DNA of 64,000 bases from Patescibacteria group bacterium (GTDB lineage Bacteria; Patescibacteriota; Minisyncoccia; Phycocordibacterales; UBA918), in contig JABAZV010000006.1 of NCBI GenBank assembly GCA_018608435.1, positions 31,692-95,691 on the forward strand, given 5' to 3'. The position numbers and the translations under genes were made by a program. How positions within the stretch are numbered: the first letter of the stretch is position 1; each line of letters opens with the position of its first letter. The notes under the pieces were generated by a model. That model saw only the letters and a list, made by a program, of their open reading frames with translations, did no database searches and was not told where the DNA came from. Positions 57,531 through 64,000 of the stretch are shown here, in pieces.

Positions 57531-59069
57531 TTATTTTTCTAGCACTGTTACTTGGTCTCCGTTGTTTAGTCCGCGTGCGTCAGACACAAACTCTTCGTCG
57601 GCTGTAAGGCCAGAGGTTACTTCAACTGAACCTCCACGAATAACACCTAAAGTTATGTCACGAGAAACCAAACGACCGTTGTCGAGCAAGAAGACCGAGC
57701 CATCTTCAGCTTGGAGCTTCACTGCTGAAAGTGGCACTTGAATCGTTTGCAATGCAGCTGTGTCAGAAAAAGTCTTGCTGATGCGAACAGTGTCGCCGTT
57801 TGCAATGCTTGATTCTTCGCTGGCAACACGTACTTCAGTTTTACCAGTTTCGCTATCAACTGATGGGGCGATGTTAGTTACGATTCCTTCGAATTCATTT
57901 TCAATCGTAACTGTGCTGCCAACTTCTAGCAGTGATCGCTCAGTGTCGCTAACATAAGTTACAATTTCAAGCGCATTGTTGTTTGCAATGGTTGCAACTG
58001 GGGCAAATGAGCTCAGAAAGTTTCCGACTCTAATATCAACTGCGTTTACAGTTCCACTGATTGGAGAGCTAAACACTGTCTTTGCCAAGTTGGCTTGTGC
58101 TGCACGTAAAGAACCGAGTGCTTGTTTTATTTGCGCGTCGGCTGCCGAGGTTGTTCCTCCGCTGGCTGCAATCTTTGCTTTTTCTACTCCTTCGCGCGCT
58201 GACGAGAGACTGTTTTCTGCATTGTCTATACTAGACTGTGTACCAATCAAAGTAGAACGAAGAGATGTAAAAGAATTGATAAAACCTTTTATTTCAGATT
58301 CAGAATAACGGCCGTTTCTATCCTGATTAGCAAAGACTGTCAGGAATGTGTCGATCAAAGTGATAGTTCTTTGCACTTGAACACTAGCGTAAGCAAGCTC
58401 GGTGTTGATGTCAGCCGCAGTTGAAATGGTATTAGACTTTTGCTGCCAAGAGGTGAGAAGAGTTTGATAGACCACTCGTTCGTTGTTCAGAGCGCTTGTA
58501 AAACCTTTTCCATCGAGGCGCAAGCCGGGAATACGAGCGTCAGGATCAGAGAAGAAAGGGTCGATATTATTGCGCACCATTCCGTTAGTTGTGTTGTAGG
58601 CTGATTGGAAAGTTGAAACAGCTGCTTTTTCAGCCGATAGTACTACTGTTTCTGCTTGCTCAACACTGACACCGCTTTGCGCTGCCGCTGCAAGTGCTGA
58701 TTCATAAGCACCCTCGGCTTGCAAAACAGAAGCACGTTCGCTCGCATTCTCGATTGAACCGATTGTTTGGCCAGCGTTTACAAACTGTCCAAGCTCAACA
58801 TTTACGCTTGTTATGCGTCCTGAAGCCTCGCTGGTGACTTTTGCTTCACTAAACGCTCGTGCTGTTCCGATAAGAGAAAGTGATTCTTCGCCACTATAGT
58901 TGAGAGCAGAAGTTAGGGTAACTTGTGGTAGTTTTGTGCCACTCACTATTGCGTCTTCTTCTTGTTTGTCGACTACTAACACCCAAAAAGCAATAGCAGC
59001 AATCGCTATAACCAGTACCCAGAGTAGTTTTTTACGCAACCAAGTTGCGATGTTCATAATCATTTCCAT
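57531..59069 (-). CDS. RND periplasmic adaptor (membrane fusion protein) with long helical insert
   Basis: N-terminal TM, lipoyl halves SEASGRITSVNVELGQFV..GQ and SPISGTV, VPLSAV, VEVTSGL. Confidence 0.88.
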   Translation of the reverse strand: MEMIMNIATWLRKKLLWVLVIAIAAIAFWVLVVDKQEEDAIVSGTKLPQVTLTSALNYSGEESLSLIGTARAFSEAKVTSEASGRITSVNVELGQFVNAGQTIGSIENASERASVLQAEGAYESALAAAAQSGVSVEQAETVVLSAEKAAVSTFQSAYNTTNGMVRNNIDPFFSDPDARIPGLRLDGKGFTSALNNERVVYQTLLTSWQQKSNTISTAADINTELAYASVQVQRTITLIDTFLTVFANQDRNGRYSESEIKGFINSFTSLRSTLIGTQSSIDNAENSLSSAREGVEKAKIAASGGTTSAADAQIKQALGSLRAAQANLAKTVFSSPISGTVNAVDIRVGNFLSSFAPVATIANNNALEIVTYVSDTERSLLEVGSTVTIENEFEGIVTNIAPSVDSETGKTEVRVASEESSIANGDTVRISKTFSDTAALQTIQVPLSAVKLQAEDGSVFLLDNGRLVSRDITLGVIRGGSVEVTSGLTADEEFVSDARGLNNGDQVTVLEK

Positions 59070-59316
59070 ATATCAGCTTTAAAATAATACTTCCGTTTTG
59101 CTAAGTAATCACAAAAAGTACCATAAGTAAAGTCTTTTGTCTATAGATAAGGCTTATGTTTTAGGCACTTTTGGCTTTGAATGATCTGGCTCAAGAATAA
59201 ATTGTATAAAATAAACCGCCCAGATAAGCGGGGCGGCTAATTAAGCTCGGAAGAGCTCAGTTTAGAACTTTTAGTTGCAGTTGCTGTCTAACGTACTGAA
59301 GGCATCAGTTGAGACA

Positions 59317-59943
59317 TTATTGTACAATCCTGAGACGTGGAGGGTTTTCAGCTTGTTCGGCAGCGTATCCTGTTTCTCCGACAGCGCTTAATCGCTCCAC
59401 ACTGTCTTCAGCTGCTTGTAGCTGAGCTATTGTTTCGCGCAATAGATTATCCATGCGCGAAAATTTTTGCTGATTGTCATCGTTGAAGTATGATTTCTCG
59501 CGCAATTTTTCAGTTGGCAGACATCCTGCTACGAAAGCACAGAGCAGATCGCAGTTATGGATGACATACGTGCGGATAAACTTTTTTGTTTGAGAATACA
59601 CGAAAGTTGAACCGTTTTCACGGATAGACCACAAATCACTTTTTTTGTCGCAGAAAATAGATAATTCGTCTGTTTCATACGCAGCGTAATCTACTGTGCA
59701 CGCTTCGACAGACCGATCAAGATGACGATGAATATATATGAAGCAGTATTCGCCAGACCCCTTTACTGCCAAGACGATTGGTTCGGCAGGGTCTTTGGGC
59801 TCAAAAGAGAGCGCTTCAATTTCCTGACCTCGTTTGAAGTCGCTTAGAGGACGGAGGTTGAAATGTCCAACCACTGTAATGCACAAATCTGTACCGTTGT
59901 AATGGTGTTTTTCCGGATCATAAGACAGTGACAACATGCTCAT
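59317..59943 (-). CDS. Hypothetical protein
   Basis: Likely start ATG at 59943 after a GAGAGG SD; C-terminal coiled coil; hairpin downstream (~59215-59237). Confidence 0.55.
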   Translation of the reverse strand: MSMLSLSYDPEKHHYNGTDLCITVVGHFNLRPLSDFKRGQEIEALSFEPKDPAEPIVLAVKGSGEYCFIYIHRHLDRSVEACTVDYAAYETDELSIFCDKKSDLWSIRENGSTFVYSQTKKFIRTYVIHNCDLLCAFVAGCLPTEKLREKSYFNDDNQQKFSRMDNLLRETIAQLQAAEDSVERLSAVGETGYAAEQAENPPRLRIVQ

Positions 59944-60119
59944 ATAAAGCCTCTCTTTGCTGGGTGAATTTGTGCTGAGTAAACAGCACTGATGATTAGG
60001 AACGTTTAAAGCAGCGCATATTATACATCTCATTTATATCTTGTCAACTTAGTTAGTTTTCGTAACTCGGCATCAAAATATCTAGCAATGCATTTTGTTT
60101 ATGATATAATCCATGCACT

Positions 60120-60434
60120 ATGTTAGGAAAATTGAAAAATATGGCGATGAAGAAACTTCTTCAGTCGCAAATGAAAGACGTACCAGAAGATCAGCAGAAG
60201 ATGATTATGGAGATGCTGGAGAAAGACCCGAAGCTATTTGAGAAAATTGCTAAAGAAATGCAGGCAGAACTTAAGTCCAATGGCAACAATCAAATGCAAG
60301 CTGCGATGAAGGTTTTGCCAAAGTACCAGAAAGAAATTATGTCTGTGATGAGTCCTGAAATGAAAGAGAAAATGATGCAAATGCAAGCTGGCATGGCAGG
60401 GAAGTTCAGTCCTGACGGGCGAATCAACTCTTAG
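60120..60434 (+). CDS. Small Met/Gln/Lys-rich helical protein (STI1-like composition)
   Basis: MKDVPEDQQKMIMEMLEKDPKLFEKIAKE; TATAAT upstream; terminator downstream. Confidence 0.75.
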   Translation: MLGKLKNMAMKKLLQSQMKDVPEDQQKMIMEMLEKDPKLFEKIAKEMQAELKSNGNNQMQAAMKVLPKYQKEIMSVMSPEMKEKMMQMQAGMAGKFSPDGRINS

Positions 60435-60447
60435 TTCTAAAGAAAGT

Positions 60448-60485
60448 AAACAAAAACCCCACACTTGTGTGAGGGGTTTTGTTTA
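60448..60485 (+). terminator. Intrinsic terminator
   Basis: aaacaaaaaccccacac-tt-gtgtgaggggttttgttt. Confidence 0.65.
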
Positions 60486-60566
60486 ACTTGTCCTTTTAAA
60501 AAGTGTAATCAACAGAACACGCGCTTTGACCCAGCTCTTGGTCAACACATGCTGTACAATAAACCC

Positions 60567-61148
60567 ATGAAATCCAAAAATATCGTTATAATTTGCGGTC
60601 ATCCAGATTCTGACAGTTTTACTGGACATCTTTTAGATGTTTACCAAGCTGCTGCTGAGGAAGCTGGTCACGAAATTAGACGTTATGACTTGGGTTTACT
60701 CAAATTCGATCCTGTCTTACACAAGGGTTACAAAGAAATTCAGCATCTAGAACCAGATCTTGAAATGATACAAAGTGCCATTCGCGAGTGCGACCATTTG
60801 GTAATCGCTTACCCAAACTGGTGGTGCAGCATGCCCGCCTTGCTCAAAGGCTTGTTTGACCGCATTTGGTTGCCCGGGTTTGCCTTTAATTTTAATAAAG
60901 AAACAAACAAAACAGAAAAACATCTCACTGGCAAAACTGCTCGTGTATTTACTCTTTCTGGTTCGCACAGCCCATTTAACACTTGGTGGAAGTTTGGTGA
61001 TTATACCAACGAAATTCAATACGGGATTTTAGAGTTTGCCGGAATTAAGGCAGAAGTTACTGCGTATGGTCCTTGCGAAAAAGTAGACGACAAAGTAAGG
61101 GAGAAGTGGTTGAAAGAAGTTGATGCGTTCGGTCAAAAAGCAAGGTAA
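60567..61148 (+). CDS. NAD(P)H-dependent oxidoreductase, flavodoxin-like fold (MdaB/KefF family)
   Basis: IICGHPDSDSF, PNWWCSMPALLKGLFDRI..PGFAF and L.GKTAR; start at MKSKNIVII. Confidence 0.9.
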   Translation: MKSKNIVIICGHPDSDSFTGHLLDVYQAAAEEAGHEIRRYDLGLLKFDPVLHKGYKEIQHLEPDLEMIQSAIRECDHLVIAYPNWWCSMPALLKGLFDRIWLPGFAFNFNKETNKTEKHLTGKTARVFTLSGSHSPFNTWWKFGDYTNEIQYGILEFAGIKAEVTAYGPCEKVDDKVREKWLKEVDAFGQKAR

Positions 61149-61218
61149 AGAACGTTTTGAAAAATTTTCTCAATATACGTGAAAAAGATGGATACTTAGC
61201 GATATACTTTTGTTCAAA

Positions 61219-61533
61219 ATGTGTACAAAAAAATTGGAGAGTTCATTCATCGAACTGCCAGAGGATGAGAGTTTTGGTAACCGGTCACAGCACGCTAGTG
61301 CACACTGCTCGTTTACAGCGTTTCAAAATATTGTCTTTACAAATTTTGATAATCAGCTCGCTTCTAACCTAGTGAGCTCTGGCGTTATTTACTTGAAAGA
61401 GATATTTGACCTTAAATCAAACAAATCTGACCTTACGTTTGGTTATACTTGGCAAAATAATATCTCTTCTATTCAATTGGCTATTTCTGGAGATGCAAAA
61501 AATGCTTTTTTGTACTTCACTAAAAAGTTTTAA
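61219..61533 (+). CDS. Hypothetical protein (uncertain)
   Basis: ~104-aa ORF followed by a terminator-like hairpin (61550-61586); AT-rich, no motif. Confidence 0.3.
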   Translation: MCTKKLESSFIELPEDESFGNRSQHASAHCSFTAFQNIVFTNFDNQLASNLVSSGVIYLKEIFDLKSNKSDLTFGYTWQNNISSIQLAISGDAKNAFLYFTKKF

Positions 61534-61708
61534 TAAATTTGTTCTTTATAGAGCTGCGTTTAAAAACGCTGCTCTTATTTTTTTATTGAAAAATGAGTGT
61601 ACATAGATAAGTAGAAACGACCTAAAAACATTGCTTTTTACGTTAAGTTATGGTATACTGCGTACAGAATTTGTTCCAATAAAACCTTTCCCCAAACAGG
61701 AGAACCAA

Positions 61709-62023
61709 ATGAAAAAGTCTGCATTTTTACTAATAGGATTGTTTTTCATACTTGGCACAGTAAGTTGTGTCGTTCCTTACGAACCTTACGAACCTTACGA
61801 AAGACCTGCGCGAAATTTCTCAGCCGTGGCTGGTGCTTATGTCAAAAATGGCGTAAGTAGGAGTAACTGTCCAGATGGTCTTTACCAACCAGACACAGAG
61901 ATTTATACCAGTTCTGAAGCAATCGCTGATGAGGATTACGACAGCCGAGATGGATCTGTCGAGAGATTCCGCCAGAGACATGAAGGGGACAGGAGAGGAC
62001 CATGTGTGAAAAAACCTCAATAG
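61709..62023 (+). CDS. Small putative lipoprotein
   Basis: AGGAG SD; MKKSAFLLIGLFFILGTVS-C lipobox; EPY tandem repeat; CPDG...C. Confidence 0.65.
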   Translation: MKKSAFLLIGLFFILGTVSCVVPYEPYEPYERPARNFSAVAGAYVKNGVSRSNCPDGLYQPDTEIYTSSEAIADEDYDSRDGSVERFRQRHEGDRRGPCVKKPQ

Positions 62024-62259
62024 TAATAGCGCTTTTATTTTTTCTCTCAGGCTGCGTTGGAACCAGCTTTAAAGTTGAAAGCACTATTCCAGGAGTAGCT
62101 CCTGTTATTGCAGGTGCGATGCAGAAAATCGATAATCTGGCTGTTTGTCCGCGAGGGACAGAGCCAGTGAAGGAAGTTTCTGCTCAGCAACGCAAAAGTT
62201 CTGGTGCTGCAGGCAGAAAAGAGATATTTGAATCGACGCTAGAGTGTCGACAACTATAA
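62002..62259 (+). CDS. Small putative lipoprotein
   Basis: AGGAGAGG SD; IVIALLFFLSG-C lipobox; CPRG...C; terminator-like hairpin at 62271-62293. Confidence 0.65.
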   Translation: MCEKTSIVIALLFFLSGCVGTSFKVESTIPGVAPVIAGAMQKIDNLAVCPRGTEPVKEVSAQQRKSSGAAGRKEIFESTLECRQL

Positions 62260-62359
62260 AGAGGCTAAAATCCCGTTCGCAATCTGCGAACGGGTATATT
62301 TATTATATTGTCGATTGCGCGTTTCTGTCTCCTCTTAGCATGATATGATACAAGCAATT

Positions 62360-63199
62360 ATGCAAAAATCTTTTCTGCGAGAAACAGCCAGCGTTGTAAT
62401 GCGTGCGGTGGTGGTTGTGCTTACAATTGTGTTGGTCGTATGGAGCATGTCGGCTTTGTATGCAGTCGGGACCGGTATCAGCGATGGTGAGTGTAATGTG
62501 GCTGTTTTACCAATCGAAGGAGTTATTTTGCCTTACCATGGGTTACTCGATTACGAAATAATTACTACGCCAGAAAAAGTCGAAACCTTTATGTCTTTGG
62601 TTGAGGACGATCCTTCTATTGATGCTGTTTTGTTAGAAATAAATTCTCCCGGAGGAACACCAGTGGCGTCAGAAAGAATCGCTCAGCGTTTTAGGGACAG
62701 TAGTTTGCCGGTAGTAGGGCTGATTGGCGATACTGGCGCATCAGGTGGATACATGATTGCCGCAGCGACAGATTACTTAGTGGCTTCGAGAATGTCAGAT
62801 GTTGGTAGTATCGGTGTAAATATGTCGTATTTGGAAGAGTCGAAAAAGAACGATGAAGAAGGAATTACCTACGTGCAGCTGACGACCGGAGAATTTAAAG
62901 ATGCGGGTAGCCCAAATCGTCCTATTACAGACGCTGAGCGTGACTTATTGCAGGCAGATTTAGATATGGTACACGATGCTTTTATAGATTTGGTCAGTGA
63001 GTATCGTGGCCTTGAAAGGGAAGCAGTCGTAGAGCTTGCAAATGGCGCCACGATGCCCGGAGAGCGTGCATTCGAAGAAGGTTTGATAGATTCTGTCGGT
63101 GGTCGTGATGAAGTTAAAAAAGTACTTTCAAAATCACTCGACATCCAACCAGAAGAGGTTATCTTTTGTGAGTACAGCAGCGGCTTCTGGTTGCTATAA
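62360..63199 (+). CDS. sppA: Signal peptide peptidase SppA (S49, short form)
   Basis: LEINSPGGTPVAS, GASGGYMIA, VGSIGV, GEFKDAGSP and GLIDSVG. Confidence 0.92.
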   Translation: MQKSFLRETASVVMRAVVVVLTIVLVVWSMSALYAVGTGISDGECNVAVLPIEGVILPYHGLLDYEIITTPEKVETFMSLVEDDPSIDAVLLEINSPGGTPVASERIAQRFRDSSLPVVGLIGDTGASGGYMIAAATDYLVASRMSDVGSIGVNMSYLEESKKNDEEGITYVQLTTGEFKDAGSPNRPITDAERDLLQADLDMVHDAFIDLVSEYRGLEREAVVELANGATMPGERAFEEGLIDSVGGRDEVKKVLSKSLDIQPEEVIFCEYSSGFWLL

Positions 63200-63211
63200 T
63201 TTTTGCAAATA

Positions 63212-63640
63212 ATGCCTCAGCAATCTACCCGCTTTGATTTTGGTGACAGCTTCGCACCCAAAGAAGACTTCGTGTTGCTTGAAAATATCATCGAAGATCG
63301 CGGCAGTCGCTACGCTGTGAGCTATGGAATGGTGCAAAATAGAGCCGAAATAAAAGTTTTTTTGCAACGTTTGAAGAAAAAAAAGAAATATAATAAAGCT
63401 ACACACAACTCTTGGGCAGTGCGCATTTCTCACGCTGGCACAATTTACGAAAGTAAATCAGACGATGGCGAGACTGGCGCCGGTATGGTGATATTAAGAA
63501 TTATGCAAAAAACCGATGTGACAAACTGTGTTGTTTGTGTGACTCGTTGGTTTGGAGGAGTTAAGTTGATGGGTGACCGCTTTAAGCATCTGCAAGACGC
63601 AACAAAAATTGCTATTCAAGACATAGAGCACAAACGGTAA
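63212..63640 (+). CDS. yigZ: YigZ/IMPACT family protein (UPF0029 N-terminal domain only)
   Basis: DRGSRY, ATHNSWAVR, DDGETGAG and VTRWFGGVKL. Confidence 0.88.
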   Translation: MPQQSTRFDFGDSFAPKEDFVLLENIIEDRGSRYAVSYGMVQNRAEIKVFLQRLKKKKKYNKATHNSWAVRISHAGTIYESKSDDGETGAGMVILRIMQKTDVTNCVVCVTRWFGGVKLMGDRFKHLQDATKIAIQDIEHKR

Positions 63641-63738
63641 ACTGCTGCTTGGATGATTAAGAGTTTACAGTTCTGCATGTTCTAGGGTGTTATGCATATT
63701 TGCATTATGACGACTATAAGTCTGTTAGAATAAAAGAG

Positions 63739-64000
63739 ATGGATTTTGGCTATTTGCTATTGTTTCTATACGAGTTTTCTTACTTGCTGTCCGTGTTCGG
63801 AGTTTTTGTTGTTATCGCTGTGCTGAAAGGGAGGCAAGCGATTATAAATATTATTTTTGGTTTGTACCTGTCACTCTTGCTGGTAACTTTTTTGCCAAAT
63901 TATGACCAGCTCTTTTCTAGTGTTAGTGGCGCGGCTGCTAACTCTGCAGCACAACTCGCTTTCTTTGTGTTTTTGACTGTAATCACTACTATAGTTTCGG
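63739..64000 (+). CDS. Multi-TM membrane protein (partial; runs off the window end)
   Basis: Translated by hand: MDFGYLLLFLYEFSYLLSVFGVFVVIAVLKGRQAIINIIFGLYLSLLLVTFLPNY...; TAGAAT 7 nt before the ATG. Confidence 0.65.
   Translation, partial: MDFGYLLLFLYEFSYLLSVFGVFVVIAVLKGRQAIINIIFGLYLSLLLVTFLPNYDQLFSSVSGAAANSAAQLAFFVFLTVITTIVS

Overview
A bacterial chromosomal segment in genetic code 11. Gene content and style point to Patescibacteria/CPR, probably Parcubacteria (inference): short intergenic regions, many acidic secreted Ig-fold proteins, and many apparently leaderless genes. From left to right the window holds: a partial RpoS-like sigma-70 factor, rluF, a class F sortase with its substrate, a GT2 / membrane protein / 2160-aa dehydrogenase-CBM-deacetylase exopolysaccharide operon, GH26, a CAP protein, and umuD-GH18-umuC. 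A ~31 kb co-oriented cell-surface locus follows (21128-51977). After it come a cold-shock protein, tRNA-Ala(GGC), an RND efflux pair, a flavodoxin-fold oxidoreductase, two small lipoproteins, sppA and yigZ. The best candidate for an undescribed system is the 31 kb locus. It encodes a WxL/pilin-like subunit with a structured leader, a DUF916-like membrane partner, a dockerin adaptor that shares the subunit's N-terminal domain, Hsp20, a membrane-anchored cohesin, a 5599-aa adhesin, an FN3 protein and a MacB-like ABC transporter. The adhesin carries three tandem phage tail-collar/HxH needle modules and ends in a WxL/pilin-like domain. No CRISPR array, rRNA, integrase or transposase was seen. All domain calls were made by eye from motifs; no database searches were run.
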